64,000 bases of DNA from an uncultured bacterium (GTDB lineage: Bacteria > Verrucomicrobiota > Verrucomicrobiia > Limisphaerales > UBA11358): assembly GCA_963723125.1 (NCBI GenBank), contig CAVRPQ010000009.1:3045-67044 (forward strand), in the 5' to 3' direction. Position numbers and translations under genes: made by a program. The stretch's first letter is position 1; each line of letters begins with the position of its first letter. The notes under the pieces are model-generated. The model did no database searches and was not told the origin of the DNA. It worked only from the letters and a program-made list of their open reading frames with translations. Below, in pieces: positions 37,109 through 48,400 of the stretch.

Positions 37109-38701
37109 ATGACCGTTCTTGAACTGCGCTTCCCAGCCGGGCGTTACCACGCTACGCCCTGGGGTCGTCATGTGAACGAAGGCGCGGTCGAATGGCCGCC
37201 TTCACCGTGGCGCATCGTTCGCGCGTTGATTGCGACCTGGTATTTGAAGGCGCGCAGAGATGATGAGATTTCCGAGCACACTATCCGCGCGCTCGCCGAT
37301 GCGTTGAGCCAGCCGCCAGTCTTTCGTCTGCCTCGCGCCACCACCGCGCACACGCGGCACTATATGCCATACAACGAGGGCAAGAATGAAAAGACCACCA
37401 AGGTCTTTGACACCTTCGTTCAGCTCTCGGAACGCGACGCTATGCTCGTAGCATGGGACATGGATTTGCCACCCGAGCAACTAGCCGCGTTGCAAACGCT
37501 TGCCATGCGACTCGGCTACTTTGGACGCGCGGAAAGCCTCGTAGAAGCCCGCGTGCTGGAAGGTGTCACGGCGATTGAATCTAACGCCATGCCGTTGGCC
37601 GAAGGTGCAACGCCGCCGGAGAAAACCGAATTCGTTCGCCTGCTCGCGCCGATGAACCCTGCCAAGTATAGCGATTGGCGTAAAAATTTCCTCAAAACCA
37701 ACCAATCGCCGATTGGCGGCAAAAAGAAGGCAGGTAAGAAATCCAAAGCGGTTGACGCCCTCAGCGTCCCCGAAGATTTGTTTGCTGCACTTCACGCCGA
37801 CACTGGCGAACTTCAATCCGCTGGTTGGAATCTTCCGCCCGGCGCTGAATTCGTGAATTATGTCCGCCCGGAAAATGCCTTCGCTCCGGCCACCAAGCCA
37901 CGCCCTCGGCGCAGCAAAGCCTTGCCAACAGTGGCGCGCTACGCTGTGGTGAGTACCGTCGCACCGAGCATCACGCAAGCGGTTTCTGTCGCCGACCGCG
38001 TGCATGACGCGCTTTGCAAGTGGTCCGACCAAGGGAAAGGCCGCGCTACTGTGTTCACCGGCCTAGCTGAAGACGGCCAACCGCGCACCGGCCACGCACA
38101 CGCTCACATTTTTTGCGAAGCCAACGGCGTTCGCGACTCCATCACGCACATCACCGTCTGGGCAACAATGGGTTTCGATGAAGTGGCCTGTCTCGCGCTC
38201 CGCAAACTGAACAAAGTTTGGGGACACGGCGGGCATGACATTCGCCTCGTGCTTCACAGCATCGGGAGCATGGAAGATTTCAAAGAGTGTCCGCTGTTCG
38301 CCGTGCAGAAGCCCTCACAAGTCTGGCGTTCGCTTACGCCATTCGTCTCGACCCGCCACGCCAAAACCTTCCGCGATGGCCGTCCGAAAATGGATGGGAA
38401 CGGCTGGCAGACTGGCTGTGCCGGGCACGATTTACTACGTCTCCTTGCGCTGCACCCGCACGGCGCTGCCGCCACCATCAAGCTGCTCGACGAACGCGAG
38501 CGCCCATTTCAATTTGGCAGCCGAAGCCTCCGGTCGTTGCAATTCCAAACTATCCGCTACGACGGCGGCGGTAATCGCGGCAACAGTTCTGGCAACGCTT
38601 TTTGCATCACGTTTCCCGAACCCGTTAGGGGGCCGCTCGCCCTTGGTTACGGCTCCCACTTCGGTCTCGGCCTGTTTGTGGCTGCAATGGCATGTAGTTA
38701 G
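37109..38701 (+). CDS. csb2: Csb2 (Cas5-Cas6 fusion of type I-G), intact
   Basis: N-terminus MTVLELRFPAGRYHATPWGRHVNEGAVEWPPSPWRIVRALIATW, typical of Csb2. A single 530-aa ORF. Confidence 0.85.
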   Translation: MTVLELRFPAGRYHATPWGRHVNEGAVEWPPSPWRIVRALIATWYLKARRDDEISEHTIRALADALSQPPVFRLPRATTAHTRHYMPYNEGKNEKTTKVFDTFVQLSERDAMLVAWDMDLPPEQLAALQTLAMRLGYFGRAESLVEARVLEGVTAIESNAMPLAEGATPPEKTEFVRLLAPMNPAKYSDWRKNFLKTNQSPIGGKKKAGKKSKAVDALSVPEDLFAALHADTGELQSAGWNLPPGAEFVNYVRPENAFAPATKPRPRRSKALPTVARYAVVSTVAPSITQAVSVADRVHDALCKWSDQGKGRATVFTGLAEDGQPRTGHAHAHIFCEANGVRDSITHITVWATMGFDEVACLALRKLNKVWGHGGHDIRLVLHSIGSMEDFKECPLFAVQKPSQVWRSLTPFVSTRHAKTFRDGRPKMDGNGWQTGCAGHDLLRLLALHPHGAAATIKLLDERERPFQFGSRSLRSLQFQTIRYDGGGNRGNSSGNAFCITFPEPVRGPLALGYGSHFGLGLFVAAMACS

Positions 38702-38726
38702 CTGTCTGACAACCATCAAAACGCCC

Positions 38727-40869
38727 ATGAACGACCAAGACCCATCGATTAAATCCGAAAATCGTTTGAGTGAACCGGAAACGCCGCTGGTGGCAAGAGG
38801 TAATTCGCCCGGAATGCCTGGAGCGAGGTTAGACAGCAAACGTCCGGCACGCGCGGTGAAAATCGAACCGAACCGATTGAAAATTGTGGTACGTGTCGCA
38901 CCAGCCAAGTCGCAGCAAAGTGAACCGTCGAAGCCAGTCGCTGAAGCTCCTACTTCGCCAGAGTTGAGTTCTGCGACGCCGGAAACTTCTGAACATAAAG
39001 CGCGCACCGAAACCGAACCGCAACAAATTCCCGCGCGGATGTTGAACGAGTTCGTATATTGCCAGCGATTGTTCTATTACGAATTTGTCGAGGGAGTGTT
39101 CGTGGAAAGTGCCGACACGCTGCGCGGCGGTGCGATACACCAGCGCGTTGATTCGGGCACCGGCGCGTTACCAGTGGCCAAGCGAAAATCGGAAACCGGC
39201 AAGCCAAAAGAAGCGCAAGGAACGGCGGCGGATGCTGCCGATTCTGCAAGCAAAGCGGCAGAAACGCAAAGCGCAGAACCCGAAACAATTCACTCGCGCT
39301 CCGTGCAAATGGGATCAGAACGGTTGGGGGTGGTTGCAAAAATGGATTTGGTTGAATCCAAGACCGGCAAAGAAGATTTACTCACCGCGTTGGAGGTCTG
39401 TCCGGTTGATTACAAAGCGGGCGCACCCAAAGAGGGTGAGGAGGCCAATCGAACTGTGGGACACGGACAAAATGCAAATTGGATTGCAGGCGTTGATTCT
39501 GCGCGACAACGGCTACGCCTGCAACGAGGGCATCATCTATTATCGAGCCACCAAGCAACGTGTCCGTCTGCCCATTACTTCCGAACTGGAAAACTGGATT
39601 CTGCAAAACATTGCGGAGGCCAGACGAATCGTTACCGGGCCGATTCCACCACCGTTGGTCAATTCGCCGAAATGTGTGCGCTGTTCGCTCGCGCCGGTGT
39701 GTCTGCCGGACGAAACCCGGATGCTGGCCGAACCACCACCGCTTGACGTGGATTTATCGGAGAAGCCAGATTCGCCTGCACAGAAATCAGCCGAGCCTCC
39801 CCGCAGACTGATTGCCGCGCGTGATGACACCCGCCCACTTTATCTTAACACGCAGGGTTTTCGCGTTGGATGCAAAGACGAAGTATTGCAGGTTAAAGAA
39901 AAAGACAAGGTTGTTGATGAAGTGCGCCTGCGCGACCTTTCACATGTTGCATTGTTTGGCAATATTCAAATCTCGACTCAAGCGGTTCAATCGCTCTGCG
40001 AAATGGAAATTCCCGTCACCTATTTTTCGATGGGCGGCTGGTTTTATGGGATCACCCGTGGTCATACGTTGAAAAATGTGTTTCTGCGAATGGAGCAATT
40101 CCGATTGGCGCGGGACGAAACCAAATGCCTGTCACTGGCAAGGCAGTTTGTGCATGGGAAAATCCGCAATCATCGCACGCTGCTGATGCGAAATCATTTG
40201 GAACCACCGGAGCCGACAATCATGAAACTCAAGCGGGCATCGGAAGACGCACTGGCGGCCGCCTCAATTGAGGAGCTTTTGGGAATCGAAGGCGCTGCCG
40301 CGAGCCAGTATTTTCAGCAATTCAACGGAATGGTAAAAATTGCCGACGAGTTGGCTGCGGAACACAACCCAATAAAAGACGCGAAACAACTCGCCTTCAA
40401 TTTCAATTTCACCAATCGCAACCGGCGACCGCCGACTGATCCTGTCAATGCGATGCTTTCATTGGCTTACAGCATGTTGAGCAAGGATTGCACACTGGCG
40501 GCGCTGGCAGTGGGGTTTGACCCTTACATTGGATTTTTCCATCAGCCGCGATTCGGACGGCCAGCGTTGGCTCTGGATTTGATGGAAGAAATGAGGCCAT
40601 TGATCGCCGAGTCCACCGTGTTGAGCTGCATCAACAATCGTGTCGTTACGGAAAAAGATTTTGTGCGCGCGGGCCAAGCGGTGAACCTTACCGCGCCGGG
40701 GCGCAAACGCTTTTTCCAGATGTATGAGCAGCGGATGAGTTCGCTCATCACGCATCCATTATTTGACTACAAAGTCAGCTATCGCCGGGCACTTGAATTG
40801 CAGGCGCGACTGCTGGCCAAAACATTGACCGGCGAAATCGCCGAATACATTCCATTGTTGACGAGGTGA
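38727..40869 (+). pseudogene. cas1: cas4-cas1 fusion with one frameshift near 39440
   Basis: The Cas4 part has YCQRLFYYEF, MDLVES...VDYKAG and C-x2-C-x5-C (KCVRCSLAPVC). The Cas1 part is intact to 40869. The two parts are in frames 0 and +1, and the frame change falls between KEGEE and PIELWDTDKMQIGLQALIL. Confidence 0.8.
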
Positions 40870-40872
40870 CCT

Positions 40873-41163
40873 ATGCGAACGACCTACATGGTTTGCTACG
40901 ACGTGGCGGATGACAAACGGTTGCGACGCACCTTCAAAGCCTGTCGCAGTTTCGGTGATCATCTTCAATTTTCGGTTTTCGAGTGTGACCTGAATCCGTC
41001 CGAGAAAATCGAATTGGAAACGGCGTTAAGCAAAATTATCAATCAAGATGAAGACCAAGTGTTGTTCATCTCGCTTGGCCCGGCTGAAGGGCGAGGCGAC
41101 CGGGTGATCACTGCAATGGGCCTGCCCTATACGAAAATAGACGCGCCGTGTTTTGTATTTTGA
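40873..41163 (+). CDS. cas2: Cas2
   Basis: 96 aa, MRTTYMVCYDVADDKRLRRTFKACRSFGDHLQFSVFEC, a typical Cas2 N-terminus. Confidence 0.9.
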   Translation: MRTTYMVCYDVADDKRLRRTFKACRSFGDHLQFSVFECDLNPSEKIELETALSKIINQDEDQVLFISLGPAEGRGDRVITAMGLPYTKIDAPCFVF

Positions 41164-41368
41164 GTTTTCAGTGTTCTTTGACAATTGAACCCGCGAGCGG
41201 CGGGGTGATGCGGAAAACCCCGTCCGCGCTCGCATGGCGTAACCGCCTCAAAGCAAGCTGATAATGACAAGGCATACAGACATCACAAACACGCAGACAT
41301 TCGGACCAGCGCAGGCAATCGCAATTGCAACATTGCGAGCTTGCGCCAGAGGGAGTAACAGTGAGGCT
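41164..41368 (+). promoter_or_regulatory. probable CRISPR leader
   Basis: Non-coding stretch between cas2 and the first repeat. The repeat orientation (3' end GTTGAAGC) matches + strand transcription. Confidence 0.5.
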
Positions 41369-43041
41369 ATTTCCGCGCGCGCACGCGCGCGGCCCCGTTG
41401 AAGCTATCGACGTCGATCATGCGTCGCGAGATGCTGTCCATGCACAATTTCCGCGCCCGCACGCGCGCGGCCCCGTTGAAGCGCGTATGCCTGATGCCGC
41501 CGACAGCAAGTCTGACAGCTATTTCCGCGCGCGCACGCGCGCGGCCCCGTTGAAGCGTCCAACATGGCAAAGCCTCCGTTGTTCATTTTGAAATTTCCGC
41601 GCGCGCACGCGCGCGGCCCCGTTGAAGCTGTCAAGCGTCACGCTCGTGCTCGAATTCCGCGCCCACGCGCGCGGCCCCGTTGAAGCGGTTCTGCAGGTCA
41701 TATTCCACCATTTCCGCGCGCGCACGCGCGCGGCCCCGTTGAAGCTCGGACGGAAAATACCGGCACCGAATTCGATACGTTGAATTTCCGCGCGCGCACG
41801 CGCGCGGCCCCGTTGAAGCTAATTATAAATTTTTCTTTTTCTTCGGCGGTTAAGTGATTTCCGCGCGCGCACGCGCGCGGCCCCGTTGAAGCAACTGTCC
41901 ATGCCATAATTTTTGTCTCCTATTTGATATTTCCGCGCGCGCACGCGCGCGGCCCCGTTGAAGCCTGATTTGCTCACGCTCGCGCGGTATTGCTGGGCGG
42001 TATTTCCGCGCGCGCACGCGCGCGGCCCCGTTGAAGCCATACTTTGGTCGCCGGCAATCTTCGCGTCTTCCGTCATTTCCGCGCGCGCACGCGCGCGGCC
42101 CCGTTGAAGCCAATCGTGAACCTCTTCGTTAATCTGTAGGCGGATGGATTTCCGCGCGCGCACGCGCGCGGCCCCGTTGAAGCCACTGCAACCAATTCCC
42201 ACCAAAAACCCCGATATTATATTTCCGCGCGCGCACGCGCGCGGCCCCGTTGAAGCCACTCGAAAATCTCCGCGACAACCCAAATCCCCTCGATTTCCGC
42301 GCGCGCACGCGCGCGGCCCCGTTGAAGCAGTCCGCAAATCCGGCGAAGCGCCTTGGCGTGAATATTTCCGCGCGCGCACGCGCGCGGCCCCGTTGAAGCT
42401 AATCACACCAGCCGGCGACCGCGACCGCACTACATTATTTCCGCGCGCGCACGCGCGCGGCCCCGTTGAAGCGTTGCCCGCCAACACGGGCCAGAAAACA
42501 GAAACGTCATTTCCGCGCGCGCACGCGCGCGGCCCCGTTGAAGCAACTGTTCGCGCAGATCGTCGGTGCCGGTCGCCACCATTTCCGCGCGCGCACGCGC
42601 GCGGCCCCGTTGAAGCATCGCGAGCGGGCTTGGGGTGGAAGCCGTCTGAGTCATTTCCGCGCGCGCACGCGCGCGGCCCCGTTGAAGCTTATCGCCGATG
42701 TGTTTCCAGAAATAATGAGTCCAATTTCCGCGCGCGCACGCGCGCGGCCCCGTTGAAGCGGTTTATAAGATTGACTACCCGCTGCGCTTGTTCAAGATTT
42801 CCGCGCGCGCACGCGCGCGGCCCCGTTGAAGCGTTTAAAACCCAAATCATTCCGCCAACGCCACATGGTTATTTCCGCGCGCGCACGCGCGCGGCCCCGT
42901 TGAAGCTGAGAAACGCCGTCGTGTTTGCACATCAAAACTTCAAATTTCCGCGCGCGCACGCGCGCGGCCCCGTTGAAGCCTTGACCTCCGGGGTAGTTCA
43001 TCAACAATTCCACAAATGACCGCGTGCGGCCCCATTGAAGC
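41369..43041 (+). CRISPR. CRISPR array with 24 repeats and 23 spacers; 36-nt repeat ATTTCCGCGCGCGCACGCGCGCGGCCCCGTTGAAGC
   Basis: I located the repeats individually. Most spacers are 35-38 nt. Repeats 2 and 5 and the last repeat are degenerate. A possible 25th, very degenerate repeat lies at 43081..43116. Confidence 0.95.
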
Positions 43042-43344
43042 GGCCAAACATGGTTGAACCGGTCTAGCGTGTGCTGCACGATTCCGCACGCGGTCATGTT
43101 CAGGCGATTGAAAAACCTGCTGGCGCACTCGACCGTTTCGCTCGGGGCACCGATTGTAACTTTACCTTTTACGCTGATGTCCACCAAACCCGTGCGTGCG
43201 TATGGCTTGATTGAAACACATCTGCAATCTCAAGATTGTCCTTTAAGTCCAAAACCATCATTATCCATTTTGCATGAACCTAATTAACTACGCTTGGAAG
43301 GTTGGACTGCATTTGTCTAACCTATCACGATAGGCTCAGAAGAA

Positions 43345-44784
43345 ATGTCTGCACTGGCTCTCCATCTCTTTCGCGAAGTTCGCCCGGATTTTTTCCGCGT
43401 GCTGGCAGGGCCGCTGGCGCGTCTCTACGTGGATGCGCTCGACGCGCTGGAGCGCGAGGCTGCGCAACGCAACCAAGGACTTGACCGCGAAGAGGCCCTT
43501 GCTTTGGTCGAGCAGGTTGTCGAGCAACATGGTGAAATCTCTGCGGTTGACGATGAGCCGGTTGCCCAAGCAGCCACCACGCGGGACAAAGCTCGCATCG
43601 TTCTGGAAACGCTTCGCAAAACGGGCTGGCTTCAGGACGAGGAGCGGACGGATTGGCAGCGGCTGATTTTCTTTGACCCGAACGGAGTTCTGTTACTCCA
43701 AGCGTTGAGGAAGATTGCCTTTCCCGAAGCTGCCAGATTTTCCGACAAGCTCGTGAATGTCTGTTTCACCCTGGCCAACCGTGACGCTCTGGTGGATCAA
43801 CCTTGGGCACAAGTTGAAAGTTGTGTGGCCAGCCTGCAAACGGGTCTCGCTGAACTGCACGGGATGCAGAAGTCCATAGAACGCCACACAAAGCAGCAAC
43901 TTGCCGCTTCGACACTCAAAGAAAATCTCGCGGTGCTGTTTGACCAGTTTGCCGAGCGCATTGGGAGAACCTGTTACGCGCAACTGGTTCACGCGCGTCT
44001 GCCTTCAAAGCTCGCTGACGCCCGGCGTGCGATAGATGAGTTGGAAACCAACGCCGACCTCCTTACCAAAATGCAGACCGAGGTGATGCGGCGTGATCCG
44101 GCACTTTCGCCCGAAGCCGCAATGGCTCATGTCCGGCTGCGACTGAACGAACTGGCAGAACTTCTGGAACATGTGGAACCGCTGGCTGACGCGATTGACC
44201 GGCGCACTGCCGAGTTCACCCGCCGTTCGCAAGCGCGATTCCACTACCTCCAGGAAACAACCAGCGAAAACCGTTCTCGCGTGCAGGAGTTTTTTGAGAC
44301 GCTGAATCGCCATTTTGCCGGTCGCCGCATCAGTGAACTGGATGAGTTGGGCATCGAATTTCCGGCTTTGTTGTTGCACGATACGCGGATTGTTAGCGGC
44401 ATGGAATCGCTCTATACGCCCCGCCTTCGCCGCGCGGCTGGCGAAATCGAACCGTTGGAAGATTCCGATCCGGGCCAACAAGACCGCGCACTGGCGCAAC
44501 TTGAGAGCACGATGCGCGATTCCCTGACTGTTAGTCGGGCCAATCACTTTGTCGCCGCACTGCCCGGCAGAAGGGGCGCTCGGATTGATTCATCCGTGTT
44601 GCTCCGCGAACACGTTCGCAATGACGAGGACGTGGCCGACCTTATCGCCTGTCTGCTGCATGCGCGGTCGGCGGATGCGCAATTTGAAATTCAAGTCCCC
44701 CGGCGCGAAACCGAGGCCGACGCCGGCGACTTCGACACCAAACTACAATACCGCATCGAGCGCTTTACCCTGCTCAAGAAATGA
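43345..44784 (+). CDS. jetA: Wadjet JetA (MksF/kleisin-like)
   Basis: 479 aa and the first gene of a four-gene operon with canonical Wadjet sizes and order. Assigned mainly from operon context. Confidence 0.7.
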   Translation: MSALALHLFREVRPDFFRVLAGPLARLYVDALDALEREAAQRNQGLDREEALALVEQVVEQHGEISAVDDEPVAQAATTRDKARIVLETLRKTGWLQDEERTDWQRLIFFDPNGVLLLQALRKIAFPEAARFSDKLVNVCFTLANRDALVDQPWAQVESCVASLQTGLAELHGMQKSIERHTKQQLAASTLKENLAVLFDQFAERIGRTCYAQLVHARLPSKLADARRAIDELETNADLLTKMQTEVMRRDPALSPEAAMAHVRLRLNELAELLEHVEPLADAIDRRTAEFTRRSQARFHYLQETTSENRSRVQEFFETLNRHFAGRRISELDELGIEFPALLLHDTRIVSGMESLYTPRLRRAAGEIEPLEDSDPGQQDRALAQLESTMRDSLTVSRANHFVAALPGRRGARIDSSVLLREHVRNDEDVADLIACLLHARSADAQFEIQVPRRETEADAGDFDTKLQYRIERFTLLKK

Positions 44785-45450
44785 CGACCGACGGCACATC
44801 TGCAATTTCCACCGGCTTGCTGGCGAAGCTGTCCGCCAATGATCGCGAGCGGCTTGGCGAAGCTTTGCGGCGGTTGCTGGCGCAGCGGTTCAATTCTCGG
44901 CCTCGAACCCGCGCAAACCGATCTTTACCACTGGTGTTATCAAAATCGCGCCTGGGTGGATGAACTGGCCGGATTGCTCGATCTCAAACTTCATTGGGAA
45001 CATCAAGATAGAACGGTGCAAGCTGTTCCGCAGAGCGCCGCCTTCCTTTTGCACCTTAAACTTGACGCCACGCTGGTGTTGCTCACTTTGTGGTATGAGT
45101 TTGACACTGCCGTGCGCGACCGTGGCGAAACGCCGCCCGTCCGCCTTACCGCACAACAACTCAACGATTCGCTGGCTGCAAAGTTCGAGCCGCTGCGCAA
45201 ACATCTTCCCAGCCCGACACGGCTGCGCGAAATCCTTTCTCTGGCGCGACGAAAAAATCTCATTCATGTCACGCTTGATGTGACGTTGGAGCGTTCGCAG
45301 ATTGAAATTCTGCCAACTTTGAAGCGGGTCATTCCCTTCCAAAACATCGAAGAGTGGAACAAGAATGCGGACCGATATTTGGCTTCCATCAAAGAAACGG
45401 CAACCGGGGAAGTTGATGTTGACGACAACGGAGACGCCGAAAAGGAATAA
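44781..45450 (+). CDS. jetB: Wadjet JetB (MksE-like); either a frameshift near 44885 or a start at ATG 44839
   Basis: An ATG at 44781 overlaps the jetA stop (ATGA) and reads ...ERLGEALRRLLAQR. The rest of the protein (SILGLEPAQTDLYHW...) is in the +1 frame. Confidence 0.65.
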
Positions 45451-48400
45451 TGAACCGCACAATCTGCCTCACTCGCATACATGCGCTCAACTGGTATGGT
45501 TACAAGGATACCATACCGGTCGAGGGCAACCTGTTGCTGGCGGGTGTGACTGGTTCGGGCAAGTCCATCCTCATGGATTTGATTCAGTTCGTCCTCGTAG
45601 GTGATCAACGCCTCGTGCGCTTCAACCAGTCCGCCACTGGCGACCGTGGCGACCGTTCGCTCAAGGGTTACTGTCTTGGCGACACCAAGGTGGAGGAAAA
45701 TGGCGTCATACAATACATGCGGAGCAGAGCCATCACTTATGTGGCATTGGAGTTCACCTGGCCGAATGGTAAAAAATCCGAAACCTGGGGTATTCGCGTT
45801 GAGTTTGCCAGCGCGGCAGAAGTACACGGCAAAATCACACCGTTCTTCGTTCCTGAATCGCTTGCTCGCGGCGATTTTCTGGATGCCGAGAAGTGCCCGC
45901 TTGATTACACCACCTTCAAGGCATTCGCGGAAAGTCGCGAGGGACGAATTTACCCGGAGGGCATCGAAGCCTACCTGCGTGACATGGCGCAGCCGGTGCA
46001 TCTCAATTTCGATAAAAATGTCCTGCGCGCGCTTTTGCCCACGGCGATGTCGTTCACTTTCCTGAAAAGTTTTAATGAGTTTGCACGCCAATTCATTCTC
46101 CCCGCTGACAAGCTCGATGTAAATGACGTGACCGCGAGCTACCGGACATTCTTGGGATACGAACGAGACCTGAATGACCTGAACGACCAGTTTGAAAGAT
46201 TGAAAGTCATCCGCAACACGTTCACGCGGCTCACCGAACTCCGCCGTGATCGTGTATTGGCGCGTTACCTTGAAGCTCAACTCCGCAACGAACACGCCGC
46301 CGAGCACCTTCAGTCTGATGAATCCCGACTCTCCAAGCTCAAGGAAGAATACGCAACCGAGGAAGCGCGATTAAAACACCTGGAGGAAGCCATCCCAAAT
46401 CTCAAGCAGCGGATTGACGGCATCAAAGCGAGCATAAATGAAACACCAGAAGGCCGTCTCTACAGCGAACTGAAATCACGCAACGAAAAGCTGACCCACC
46501 AAATCAGTCAACTCACCGAAGTCGGTACGACCTTGGGGCAGGCACTCGTCAACCGCGTTCGCAATGCCCGGTCATGGCTCAAAGAACTCCGCGCTTTGCC
46601 GTTGGATATGGACGATGCGCCAGCCATTTCCGTCGAGCGAGCGATCCACGCAGTTGAACAAGGCGGAGTGGCGAAGGCGGGTGAAACCTTGCGCGCGCTC
46701 GGCGACACGGCCCAGCGTGCTGCGGCTGAAGCAAGCCGCGCGGCTGCTCCAACGTACAAGCGCCTCTCTGAACTGCGCCAGCAACTTGGCCAACTGCGAG
46801 ACGAAGTTGCCGCTCTGAAAATTGGCAAATTGCCGTTTCCCACCAGGCTTCTGGATGCGCTCAACAACAGCTTGCTCTCGCGTGGTTCACATTTGCCCGC
46901 GCAGCACCTCCGTGCGTTATGCGAAGTAACCGACGAGCGGTGGCGCCCGGCCGTCGAAATCGCCTTTGCCCGCAAGTTCGCCATCACGGTTTCCCAGGAA
47001 CACTACGAGCAGGCGGAGAAAATTTACCACGGATTGAAAGCGTCCGAGCTTGGCAATGAGACAGGTCGCGAATCGCTCATCAATCCGGCAAAGGCGCTCA
47101 AGCTCAAGAAAACCGTTCGGTCTGGTTCGCTGGTGGAGAAACTGAAGACCAGCCATCCTGTCGCTGAAGCCGTCGTGAGCCACCTGTTCGGCGACCTGAT
47201 GTGCGTGGAATCGCTCGCACAATTGCGTGCGTTGCCTCCAGACCAGAACGGCATTCTCCCGGACGGTTTTATGACACGCGGCGCATTTGTCGAACGCCCG
47301 CGTTTCTATGATGGCAATCCGTTTGTCGGCGAGAAAGGGTTGGAACAGCAGCTTGCCTGGAAACAAAAGCTGATTGGCGACCTCGAAGCCGAGGAGCGCA
47401 AATTGATGCCTGTCGAGCGTGCAGTCAAGACCGTCGGCGATGGCTGGCGTGAGCATTTTGAACAAGCTGCGAATTTGAGCGACGAACTTGCGAGCGTCCG
47501 GCAATTACCCGGGTTTCAGACAGAATTGAAGGACAACATCGCCAAGCTCAAGACAATTGACCGGGCAAAGTTTGACGAACTGGCAACGCAGCAAACCAGG
47601 CTGGAGGCTGACCTAAAAAAAATGGAAGATGAGCAACGCGCACTCGACCGTAGCGAGAAACGCGCGGAACTTCGTCAACTTGAAAAGCAAATTGCCGCGC
47701 AGCGGAATGCGGTCGCTTCCTTGGCTGAAAAGTTTGAGCAGGTTCGCAATGAGGTTGACGTGTCACCGTGGTTGAAGCGTTTGGACGAACTTCGTTCCGA
47801 GGTGCTTGGCCAGTTCCCCGTGAAGGACGCCGCGGCCAGCCGTTTCAACGACCAGTTTCATGAACTTAGCACGCAAGCAACCGGAACTTGGGAACAGTTG
47901 AAAGCCAAGCGTCGCGAACTCGCAATGGCTCATTCCAAGTTCGATGAATTGCCAATCGAAACGGAGACGAACGACGCACACGACAAACAGCTTGTCAAAC
48001 TGGAGCAAAGCGACATCCCCGACTATCGTGGCAAAGCCGAACGCGAGCGAAAAAATTGGGAGCACCTGTTCCGAACGCAGATTTTGGAAAAACTGCACAA
48101 CGCACTGCATGAAGTTGTCAATTTGGTGACGCTGCTTAACACGTCGCTGAAGAAGCGGCCCATCGGCACAAATACCTACGAGCTTCGATATTGGCGCAAT
48201 CAAGATTACCAACTTTACCATGAATTGCTTCAAGCCAGCGCCATTGCGCGCGAAGATGATTTGTTTTTTGCCTCTGCCGAACCGCGTTTCCGCGATGCAA
48301 TTGCACATTTCCTGAAAACACTCACGGAACAACCGGACAGCGCGGAAGCAGGTCGGTTGCTCGACTATCGCCACTACTACGAATACGACATGGAGGTGGT

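Noticed and set aside
41819-43019. Long ORFs across the CRISPR array (41819-42487 minus strand, 222 aa; 42144-43019 plus strand, 291 aa; and several smaller ones)
   Set aside because: Their sequences are periodic translations of the 36-nt repeat (FPRAHARGPVEA / FNGAARVRARK repeated). They are artefacts of the repeat structure and not genes.
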